Shown: one piece after another, positions 1 through 6,929 of the stretch | How positions within the stretch are numbered: position 1 is the first letter of the stretch | How the letters are laid out: the number at the start of each line of letters is the position of its first letter | Virus record (IMG/VR): IMGVR_UViG_3300029953_000021 | DNA: 20,000 nucleotides | Direction: 5' to 3' (one strand) | From: an uncultured virus (IMG/VR IMGVR_UViG_3300029953_000021) | Lineage: Duplodnaviria > Heunggongvirae > Uroviricota > Caudoviricetes > Schitoviridae | The notes under the pieces: model-generated | What the model saw: the letters and a program-made list of their open reading frames with translations, nothing else | Databases searched by the model: none | What the model was told of the DNA's origin: nothing | Position numbers and translations under genes: made by a program

Positions 1-8
1 GAACTATA

Positions 9-37
9 TAGGAGGAAAGCCTTGTGTTTTCCTCCTA
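9..37. repeat. Palindrome/hairpin TAGGAGGAA-N11-TTCCTCCTA, copy 1 (terminator- or operator-like)
   Basis: Arms at 9-17 and 29-37 are perfect reverse complements; a near-identical element lies at 3928-3956. Confidence 0.8.
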
Positions 38-65
38 CTTACGTTTGCTTTACTTAAATCACTAC

Positions 66-91
66 TTGACGTGAAAGAAATCAGCTATAAA
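66..91 (+). promoter_or_regulatory. Putative sigma70-type promoter for the fibre module
   Basis: TTGACG at 66-71 and GCTATAAA at 84-91 in an AT-rich intergenic region; resembles the Caulobacter-type housekeeping consensus TTGACGS-n11-14-GCTANAWC. Confidence 0.55.
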
Positions 92-107
92 CCCCGATTA
101 ACGGGGG

Positions 108-473
108 TTGGCCGACTTGACCAAAATTGAATTGAAGGCCGGCAGCACGTTCAGTTATGCGGGCACAGTATCCAATCTGGACGCCTCAACTGCGTGGAGT
201 GCTCTCTCGACGCTGCGAAATAAGACTACGAAGGCTGAGATTACGCCTGGAATCATTGTCACCTTGGCGAAAGCCTCGGATTTCTCTTCGACCCAGAATT
301 GGGTGATCACGCTGTTTGCGCCTTCGGTCTCAACGACTGGATGGCTTGCTCAGCTGCTCAGCGCCAAGGGTGAAGCCGAGTTTGACATCAAGTTCTTCAA
401 TACGGCGGCTCCTGATCCCGTCATCAAGTCGGATACGGTCGATCTGAAGATCTGTCCGGCAGTCAGTCAGTGA
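108..473 (+). CDS. Small tail-module protein (BppU-N-like beta-sandwich adaptor, putative)
   Basis: 121-aa ORF with KAGSTFSY...FDIKF...VIKSDTVDLKI pattern typical of small proteins preceding phage fibre genes. The in-frame TTG at 117, 9 nt after GGGGG, may be the true start. Confidence 0.7.
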   Translation: MADLTKIELKAGSTFSYAGTVSNLDASTAWSALSTLRNKTTKAEITPGIIVTLAKASDFSSTQNWVITLFAPSVSTTGWLAQLLSAKGEAEFDIKFFNTAAPDPVIKSDTVDLKICPAVSQ

Positions 474-967
474 CGCTCTCGCTTCAGCCAACATCTACAG
501 CAATTGGGGTCACTCTTGCTGTGCAAGATGTGGTTCCTCCTGTAGTATTGCTCAAGTTGGTGTCGTCTCCGAGCATTGCTCTCACCGAGCAAGATGCTTC
601 TACACCCTTTGCATTGACTCTTGGGACAGGTGATACGCCCCCCAGTGTCAGTCTGTCTCCACAGGACACGAAGACTCCTGTCCCCATAACCTTCGCTTCT
701 GATGCGTCTACGGTCTCACTAGCAGTTCAAGCTCTAATGAGAGGCCCCCAGGGTGCCTCCGGTGGATTATCGAACGTAGATGAGTTCGTCGCGACAGTAG
801 GTGGTACCCAGACTAGGACCTATGAGACGGCTCCGTCGGCTTCAACGATGGTGTTTATCAACGGTCTACGACAGTCAGGTTCATCGTTCTCGATAACGAA
901 TACCTCAATCACGTTGCCAAGTACCCTGAATATCGAAATCGGTGACCTGATTCAGGTCGAGTATTAA
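470..967 (+). CDS. Tail-fibre-associated protein with C-terminal 'VFING' beta-sandwich domain
   Basis: GTGA overlap with the upstream stop; quasi-repeats (xLxxQDxxxP), GPQG linker, and a C-terminal MVFINGLRQ...GDLIQVEY domain similar to the end of the next gene. Confidence 0.75.
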   Translation: MTLSLQPTSTAIGVTLAVQDVVPPVVLLKLVSSPSIALTEQDASTPFALTLGTGDTPPSVSLSPQDTKTPVPITFASDASTVSLAVQALMRGPQGASGGLSNVDEFVATVGGTQTRTYETAPSASTMVFINGLRQSGSSFSITNTSITLPSTLNIEIGDLIQVEY

Positions 968-981
968 AGGATCAATCTCAA

Positions 982-2253
982 ATGGCTCAGACCCAGATCA
1001 ATGGCGCTACTCAGATCAAGGCGGGGTCAGTCCCGCTGACTGCCCTCGTTTCTGGATATTCGATCCCGACTGCCAATTTGGCCCAGGGCGGGCTTTTCAT
1101 CCAGAGCGGCGGCTCTGTGGCCATGACTGCGGCCCTCAATATGGGCTCGAACCAGATCAACTCCGTCGCGAACCCCGTTGTGGCGACCGATGCTGCGAAC
1201 AAGGCCTATGTCGATGGCTTGGTGAACGGCTTCACGCTGCATGGCGCCAAAGTCGTCTCTGTCGCCAACCAGGGCACGCTTTCGGGTCTTCTGACGATCG
1301 ATGGTCACGTCCTCGTCGCTGGCGATGTGGTTCTCCTCACGGCTCAGACCACGGCTGCGCAGAACGGTCCTTGGGTGGCTGCGTCTACCGGTTGGACTCG
1401 TCCGACCTGGTGGGCTTCGGCTGCGGCGCTTCCCGAGGGCAACTACTTCCTGCTCGATCCCGATGGCACGACCTACAAGAACACGAAATGGTTCGTGACC
1501 ACGGCTGGCACGATCACCGTCGATACGACCGCAATTGCCTTTACCCAGGATCAGTCGGGTTCGTCCTATGTCGCCGGCACCGGTCTTGGCCTCGCTGGTT
1601 CGACCTTCTCGGTCACTTACGGCACGACTTCTGGCACGGCGGCTCAGGGTAACGACACCCGCATCACCGGCGCTCTCCAGACCTCTGCCCTCGGCGCCAG
1701 TGTTCAGACGGCTCTTGGCGTGGCTGTGGGCTCCGCTGGTTCGGTTGTACTCAACGGCGGCGCTCTCGGCACTCCTTCCAGCGCCACGCTTACCAATGCT
1801 TCGGGCTTGCCTATCTCGACGGGTGTCTCGGGTCTCGGTGCAGGCGTTGCCACGGCTCTCGCAGTCGCTATCGGCACGGGCGCTGGTCTCGCCCAGCTTT
1901 CGGGCGGCTTCCTCACGGCGGGTGATTTCCCGGCTCTGACGGGTGACGTGACCACGGTTGCCGGCGCTCTTGCCACGACGGTCAATCACACGGCGGGCTC
2001 TGGTTTCGCGAAATACACCGACTTTGTGAATGCCGAGACGCCTTCGGGCACTGTGAATGGCTCCAATGCGACGTTCACCCTCGCCAATACGCCCACCACT
2101 GGGTTCGGCAGCGTTAACACGCTCTCGCTCTACCTCAATGGCGTGCTGCTCGAAGCTGGTTCGGGCAACGATTACACGCTCTCGGGCAGCACGATCACGG
2201 CTCTTTTGATCCCGCAAACCGGCGACAAGTTGCGCGCTTACTACATGAAGTGA
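982..2253 (+). CDS. Tail fibre protein (proximal segment)
   Basis: AAGGA RBS upstream; G/A/T/S-rich 423 aa with fibre motifs DAANKAYVD, LSGLLTIDG..LVAGDVVL..Q....NG.W, YVAGTGL.L.G..FS, GTAAQGND.R, LGTPSS.TLTNA.GLP, LTGDVT and a C-terminal LYLNGVLL...DY domain. Confidence 0.85.
   Translation: MAQTQINGATQIKAGSVPLTALVSGYSIPTANLAQGGLFIQSGGSVAMTAALNMGSNQINSVANPVVATDAANKAYVDGLVNGFTLHGAKVVSVANQGTLSGLLTIDGHVLVAGDVVLLTAQTTAAQNGPWVAASTGWTRPTWWASAAALPEGNYFLLDPDGTTYKNTKWFVTTAGTITVDTTAIAFTQDQSGSSYVAGTGLGLAGSTFSVTYGTTSGTAAQGNDTRITGALQTSALGASVQTALGVAVGSAGSVVLNGGALGTPSSATLTNASGLPISTGVSGLGAGVATALAVAIGTGAGLAQLSGGFLTAGDFPALTGDVTTVAGALATTVNHTAGSGFAKYTDFVNAETPSGTVNGSNATFTLANTPTTGFGSVNTLSLYLNGVLLEAGSGNDYTLSGSTITALLIPQTGDKLRAYYMK
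1684..1887 (+). repeat. Internal peptide repeat in the fibre shaft
   Basis: SALGASVQTALGVAVGSAG (1684-1740) versus SGLGAGVATALAVAIGTGAG (1828-1887). Confidence 0.65.
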
Positions 2254-2265
2254 GGTTGAGTTCGA

Positions 2266-2580
2266 ATGGCACAGATTGATACCCGACATGAGGCGCTGCT
2301 CCGCTTGGTGCAGCGTCTCCAGAAGGAATACGGCGAGACTTCGATAGCGAATTTCGCTCTCGATGAGCAGCTCAACCAGGCCGAGGCTCATATTCAGCAT
2401 CTTCATGCGCTGGACGAAGAGAAGAACTCGACGATTACTGCCCTGTTCGCTCGCATCAAGCAGGCCGACGAAGACAACGAATCCCTGCGCAAGCAGCTCG
2501 ATCCCAAGCGGGGTGATCGCTTCGCTGGCCCTCGCAAGAAAGCAGCTGTTCGTGGCGCAGACCAAGATCAATCCGTCTGA
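2266..2580 (+). CDS. Small coiled-coil protein, possible fibre assembly chaperone
   Basis: GAGGT RBS upstream; 104 aa, charged, heptad-like pattern; sits between two fibre genes. Function is inferred only. Confidence 0.7.
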   Translation: MAQIDTRHEALLRLVQRLQKEYGETSIANFALDEQLNQAEAHIQHLHALDEEKNSTITALFARIKQADEDNESLRKQLDPKRGDRFAGPRKKAAVRGADQDQSV

Positions 2581-3520
2581 TCAGATCCCGAGCGGATCTC
2601 TCACTCGGGCGATGCTGAATACGACTAACGCCGGGTCTGCGGTCATCGCTAAGGTGATCGCAGGCTGGGGTGTTGGGCTGACTTCGACGGGAGCCGATAG
2701 TGGCACAGGCGATGTCACTCTCGGTCTGACCGGAGATGGCCTGGGTTCTCGGAACCATCTCCGAAATCCGACTTTCGTCATCAATCAGCGGGCTGTTTCC
2801 GGCACAGTTACACTTGCCGCAGGTGTCTATGGCCATGATGGCGTAAAAGCAGGCGCTTCAGGCTGCACTTATACGTTTTCGGCCTCTGGCCTCGACACGA
2901 CGCTGACGATTACGGCAGGTTCGCTGATTCTGCCCATCGAGTCGGTGTTTATCGAAGGTGGGTCTTACACACTCTCGCAAGCGGGCACGGCTCATGCCCG
3001 TGTCTGGCAGGGCACTGGCACTACCGGCACAGGCTCCTATGTCGCTGCGCCTTTCACGGTCACAGGGCTCACCGTCAACACTCAAACGAACGTCGAGTTC
3101 ACGACTGGAACTGTTCTACAACCGCAGTTCGAGGCTGGCTCTACGGCTACGAACTTCGAGCGTCGGATCATCACCGATGAATGGTCGCTCGCGCTGCGAT
3201 ACTATCTGTCGACCTATGCCGCAGGCGTGAAGCCCGGCACGGCTGGCGCTTCGCCCGCTTTTGCGGTCTTTGCTCAGACTGCAATCAGCTATCTTGTTGT
3301 GTTCTCGGGGTTCTTTCCAATGCCGATGCACGCAAATCCGACCATTGTTATCTATTCGCCCAACAGCGGAGCTTCCGGGAATGTCTATGCAAACAATGCC
3401 GGCTCCGACCAGGCTGCTTATGTCTCTGGTTCCTCACGTTTTGGTCTCACGGTAAGTTTAAACGGTTCCAGCCTCACGGGTGGTTTCCAGATAAACTTCA
3501 CCGCCAGTTCGGATATCTAA
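2552..3520 (+). CDS. Tail fibre / receptor-binding protein (distal), 322 aa; start revised from 2363 to GTG 2552
   Basis: GTG 2552 is in frame and gives (M)AQTKINPSDQIPSGS, homologous to the N-terminus of the 982 protein. Contains the common fibre domain RNHLRNPTFVINQR...QFEAGSTATNFERR...E..LALRYY. Confidence 0.85.
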   Translation: MAQTKINPSDQIPSGSLTRAMLNTTNAGSAVIAKVIAGWGVGLTSTGADSGTGDVTLGLTGDGLGSRNHLRNPTFVINQRAVSGTVTLAAGVYGHDGVKAGASGCTYTFSASGLDTTLTITAGSLILPIESVFIEGGSYTLSQAGTAHARVWQGTGTTGTGSYVAAPFTVTGLTVNTQTNVEFTTGTVLQPQFEAGSTATNFERRIITDEWSLALRYYLSTYAAGVKPGTAGASPAFAVFAQTAISYLVVFSGFFPMPMHANPTIVIYSPNSGASGNVYANNAGSDQAAYVSGSSRFGLTVSLNGSSLTGGFQINFTASSDI

Positions 3521-3521
3521 A

Positions 3522-3914
3522 GTGTCTTATACCCTAATGGCCAACTCAACGTCTGTTCGACGCGACTCCGACAATGCAATGATCCCCAATGATCCGGCCA
3601 ATATCGACTGGGTGGCATATCAGACCTGGCTGGGGGCGGGAAATACACCCTCGCTAGCACCTTCAGCACCTGAACAAGTTCCGTCTTGTCAGCTTTGGCA
3701 ATTGCAAGCTGTGTTGACTGCGGCGCAATGGGTTCTAGTGCAGAATGCGGTCGCAACGCTGAACAATCCTGCCGTCAGCGCCTTCTTTGCCCATGGTACG
3801 AACGTCATCCCGGCCAATTCGACAACGCTCGGGTCACTGGCGACAGCAATCGGCATCGATCCCTCGACACTGCCTACCTTGATCGCAGAAGCTGCTGCTA
3901 TTGCTATCCCTTAA
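3522..3914 (+). CDS. Tail fibre assembly/accessory protein
   Basis: IPNDPANIDWVAYQTWLGAGNTP motif characteristic of small proteins that follow this fibre type; GTG start 1 nt after the fibre stop. Confidence 0.75.
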   Translation: MSYTLMANSTSVRRDSDNAMIPNDPANIDWVAYQTWLGAGNTPSLAPSAPEQVPSCQLWQLQAVLTAAQWVLVQNAVATLNNPAVSAFFAHGTNVIPANSTTLGSLATAIGIDPSTLPTLIAEAAAIAIP

Positions 3915-3927
3915 AGTAAACTCTAAG

Positions 3928-3956
3928 TAGGAGGAAGCAACAATAGCTTCCTCCTA
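3928..3956. repeat. Palindrome/hairpin TAGGAGGAAGC-AACAATA-GCTTCCTCCTA, copy 2 (likely terminator after the fibre module)
   Basis: Perfect 11-bp stem 13 nt downstream of the 3914 stop; shares arms with the 9-37 element. Confidence 0.8.
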
Positions 3957-3957
3957 G

Positions 3958-4010
3958 TTGTATATAATGTCTATAATAGACTACTGCATGTACACTGAGC
4001 CAGGTATAAG
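3958..4010 (+). promoter_or_regulatory. AT-rich putative promoter region
   Basis: TATAAT at 3963-3968 and 3972-3977, CAGGTATAA at 4001-4009; no convincing -35 at canonical spacing. Confidence 0.4.
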
Positions 4011-4040
4011 CCAATTGGCGCTCAGAGAAGGTACTGCACG

Positions 4041-5339
4041 ATGTCTGAAGACACTTGGACCCTCGGAGTCCTTTCCCCTCCGGCAAGCGATTTGGTCGTT
4101 GTTCCGAGCGATATTTCGCTCATTGAAGCGATTGCGGGGGTCGACTCGGCAGGCATCACTGTCGTCAACGTAAATCAGCTGCTTGGAGCACCCATTGGCC
4201 CGGCCAATGCTGTTCCGATGTATGACGCCTATTTGTCGCCTGTGACGACGGCTTGGACGAGCGCCACGGCCCTGAATACGGCCTTTGTGGTCAATACTTC
4301 GGGCTACGACACGGTGATCTTCACGGCTGTCGGCGGTGCGACCGTTACAGGCGGCGCCATCACTTTTGAGGTTTATGACGGCGCGAACTGGCTGCCCCTG
4401 AAGGCGGCTCGAACCGACTCGTATCTTACGGACTCGGTGTTCACCCTCTCGGCGAACTTCTCGAAAGCCTGGCAGCTCTCGGTTGCTGGCTTCCCTCAGG
4501 CCCGAGCCCGTCTGTCTACGGCTCTCACCGGAGCTGGAAGTCTTGGGTTGACGATGGCTGTTTCGTCGGCTCCGGACACTTCGCTTGTGACCGTGGGTTT
4601 CGACCCGTCTTCTCCTTTGCCGGCTGGCACGAATGCTCTCGGCACTGTGATCGCTGAGTTGAGCGCTCCTCAAGCTACCGCGGATCAAGCTTCGGCTGCG
4701 ATCACGGCGACCACCACGAGCGCGGCAGTCACGCCCACCTTCGGCGCCGAATATGAAGTCAACCAGGTCGTCACCGCTGTGACCGGCACTTCTCCGACGA
4801 TGGATGTTGTTGTCGAAGAGTCCGAAGACGGCACGAACTGGTTTGACGTCTACCACTTCTCCCGAATCACGGCGGCTGGCGCTTATCGTTCGCCGAAGCT
4901 GATCATGAAGGGGACTCGACTTCGTGTTGTCGAGACGATCGGCGGCACCACGCCCTCGTTTACCCGGTCCAGGAACCGTCTTCAGGGCTCCTCGGGGATG
5001 GCTCAGTTCACTCGACGTATCTTCGATCGAGCGATCTCGCTCACCACGCTCTCGGCGACGACCACCACCACTTCCGGCAATGCCCTGAATGTTCAGGACT
5101 GCCGCAATCTCTCGCTGACCATCAACATTGGCGCTGCGACGACTGCTCCGGCTTTGCAGCTCCAGGCTTCAGAGGATGGTGGCGCTTCCTGGTTCCTCAT
5201 TGGTTCGCCTTTGCTCGCAGTCGCCTCGTCCACCGTCTCCATGACGCTCACCAACGTGAATTACGAGCTGGTCCGAGCCATCGTCACCACGGCTGGAGCT
5301 ACCGTCACTCCCGGTTACGTCGCCATCAAGGGCTTCTGA
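4041..5339 (+). CDS. Putative virion surface protein with three tandem beta-sandwich (jelly-roll-like) domains
   Basis: 432 aa, Thr/Ala-rich, with three repeats: FEVYDGANW (~4365-4391), VEESEDGTNW (~4812-4841), LQASEDGGASW (~5160-5192), each followed by an (A/L/V)R(A/V) strand; AGAAGG RBS. Confidence 0.65.
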   Translation: MSEDTWTLGVLSPPASDLVVVPSDISLIEAIAGVDSAGITVVNVNQLLGAPIGPANAVPMYDAYLSPVTTAWTSATALNTAFVVNTSGYDTVIFTAVGGATVTGGAITFEVYDGANWLPLKAARTDSYLTDSVFTLSANFSKAWQLSVAGFPQARARLSTALTGAGSLGLTMAVSSAPDTSLVTVGFDPSSPLPAGTNALGTVIAELSAPQATADQASAAITATTTSAAVTPTFGAEYEVNQVVTAVTGTSPTMDVVVEESEDGTNWFDVYHFSRITAAGAYRSPKLIMKGTRLRVVETIGGTTPSFTRSRNRLQGSSGMAQFTRRIFDRAISLTTLSATTTTTSGNALNVQDCRNLSLTINIGAATTAPALQLQASEDGGASWFLIGSPLLAVASSTVSMTLTNVNYELVRAIVTTAGATVTPGYVAIKGF

Positions 5340-5340
5340 A

Positions 5341-6042
5341 ATGGCTGATCTCGCCACGATTCTGCCGGTCACCCTCGCTTTTGAGGGTGGCTGGGCCGAC
5401 AACCCGAAAGATCCGGGTGGAGCGACGATGAAGGGGATCACCTTCGCGACGTTCAAGCAGTTCTTCCCCGGAAGGACGGTCACCCAGCTTCGCGACATCT
5501 CGGATGCAGACGTTCAGCACATCTACGATGTCGGGTACTTCACGCCCATTTCAGGCTCTACGCTCACGCAAGGCGTGAGCATGGTGGCGTTTGACTACGG
5601 CGTCAATTCGGGCGTCAGTCGAGCCAAGAATGTCCTTGCCAGCACGAGCGCTCTCTCGGGAGTTCCTCGGGTCACGGCGATTTCGAACGCTCGCCTCTCG
5701 TTTCTGCACGCTCTCAGCACCTGGAAGTATTTCGGCACTGACTGGGGTCGAAGGGTCGGTGAAGCTGAAGCCCAAGGCATCAAGTGGGAGACGATCTCTC
5801 CTGCGGCTGCTTCGGTCACGATGAAGGCGTCTGCCACCACGGTTCGCAAGACTGCAACTGCCCATACGACTGTTGCGGTGGCTTCCACGGCCACGGTGCC
5901 CACGAGTTTCGCTGTTCCCACTCAGATTTCAACGACCACCGAGCTGATCATCTTCGGTGTCGTCATCGCTGTGGCGGCTGTCTTCGGGATCCTCGCTTTC
6001 CACAATTCCCAACGTGCCTCTGCTCTGGAGAAGGCTTCATGA
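5341..6042 (+). CDS. Endolysin, glycoside hydrolase family 108 N-acetylmuramidase with C-terminal TM segment
   Basis: FEGGWADNPKDPGGATMKGIT, FDYGVNSG and RLSFL..L.TW..FG..W.RRV are GH108/PG_binding_3-type motifs; hydrophobic LIIFGVVIAVAAVFGILAF at 5944-6000. Confidence 0.92.
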   Translation: MADLATILPVTLAFEGGWADNPKDPGGATMKGITFATFKQFFPGRTVTQLRDISDADVQHIYDVGYFTPISGSTLTQGVSMVAFDYGVNSGVSRAKNVLASTSALSGVPRVTAISNARLSFLHALSTWKYFGTDWGRRVGEAEAQGIKWETISPAAASVTMKASATTVRKTATAHTTVAVASTATVPTSFAVPTQISTTTELIIFGVVIAVAAVFGILAFHNSQRASALEKAS

Positions 6043-6602
6043 ACGTCGCTCTCGATGACCTGAAGCCCATCGTCGATCTGCTGCTCACCAATGGTGTGCC
6101 GCTGCTGGCGAATATGCTCCTCCCCGGTGTTGGCGGCACGGTCGCAGCTGCTGTGATGCCCTCCTTGGTTCAAGCCTTTGGCCTGACCCCGGAAGCTTCA
6201 GTGTCTGATTTGGCGACAGCCATCCAGGCTGACCCGAATGCCGCCGCCAAACTGGCTGTGCTTCAGGAACGGCACGCTTCGCAGTTGGATTTCTCCAAGT
6301 CTGCGGTCGACGCCAACGAGGAAGCGATCAAGCTGGAGCCCTCGTTCTGGGGCCGGCTTTTCGTCGGTGGATGGCGGCCTGCTATGGGCTGGGTCGGCGT
6401 CTGGGCGGTCATCTATCAGATCGTCGCCTCGGCAACGAAGCTTCCCCTGATGCCGATCGAGATGTTCGGCACGGTGTTGGGTCTCTGGACTGGCTTGGCC
6501 GGTATCAGGGCGGTCGAGGCTGTCAAGGGTGTGGCTCGTAGCTCTCTCAGCGTGGTTCACGAGAATGCAATTGCCGCTGCTTTCGCCAAAAAGGTGAAAT
6601 GA
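6039..6602 (+). CDS. Holin, 3TM (GTA-holin-like) family; start revised to ATG 6039 (187 aa)
   Basis: ATGA overlap with the endolysin stop and GGAGAAGG RBS; FVGGWRPAMGWV...GLAGIRAVEAVKGV matches the family signature. Confidence 0.8.
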   Translation: MNVALDDLKPIVDLLLTNGVPLLANMLLPGVGGTVAAAVMPSLVQAFGLTPEASVSDLATAIQADPNAAAKLAVLQERHASQLDFSKSAVDANEEAIKLEPSFWGRLFVGGWRPAMGWVGVWAVIYQIVASATKLPLMPIEMFGTVLGLWTGLAGIRAVEAVKGVARSSLSVVHENAIAAAFAKKVK

Positions 6603-6919
6603 AGATGGCGGTTGAGGCTGCGGGAGCAGACATCCCCAATTGGATCGTTGCTCTCGGAGTTGGCCTGGGATCAGCGATCATCAGTGGCTTCTCAGGCTTC
6701 CTTGTTGGCCTCGTCAATCGTGGTCCAGCCATGCAGTTGGCCATCAATGCAGCTTTCGAGCCGCTTCTGGAGGGCTACAAGGCGAGGGTTTCTGAACTCA
6801 TCGCCGAGATACACACCCTCCGATATGAGGTGAAAGAGCTCCAAGAGGCGCTGACCACAGCCAAGCAGGAACTCCACCTGGCTCGAACCAACGATACCCC
6901 GACTGGATTCGGCGTCTAA
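6599..6919 (+). CDS. Membrane protein (N-terminal TM plus coiled coil), probable lysis accessory
   Basis: ATGA overlap; [25 protein letters not shown] followed by heptad-like [26 protein letters not shown]. Alternative start at 6605. Confidence 0.65.
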   Translation: MKMAVEAAGADIPNWIVALGVGLGSAIISGFSGFLVGLVNRGPAMQLAINAAFEPLLEGYKARVSELIAEIHTLRYEVKELQEALTTAKQELHLARTNDTPTGFGV

Positions 6920-6929
6920 GGGACTCAAA

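Noticed and set aside
22..57. 11-codon mini-ORF after AGGAGG (TTG start)
   Set aside because: The SD is locked in the stem and the second palindrome copy has no equivalent ORF.
2251..2268. Stop read-through fusing the fibre to the in-frame coiled-coil gene
   Set aside because: Two in-frame TGA codons intervene and the downstream gene has its own RBS.
2363..2551. N-terminal extension of the 385-aa ORF
   Set aside because: Overlaps the 2266-2580 gene; homology with the 982 N-terminus places the start at GTG 2552.
1027..2571. 514-aa minus-strand ORF and other short overlapping ORFs in the track
   Set aside because: Arg-rich shadow translations fully overlapping well-supported + strand genes.
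3240..3520. Diversity-generating retroelement variable region at the fibre tip
   Set aside because: No template repeat or reverse transcriptase seen in the window.
5784..6038. N-terminal extension of the 272-aa ORF
   Set aside because: Cys/His-rich off-frame reading of the endolysin; ATG 6039 has an RBS and stop-start coupling.
6612..6833. Embedded +1 ORF as a candidate o-spanin
   Set aside because: No hydrophobic signal peptide or valid lipobox (VQPC).
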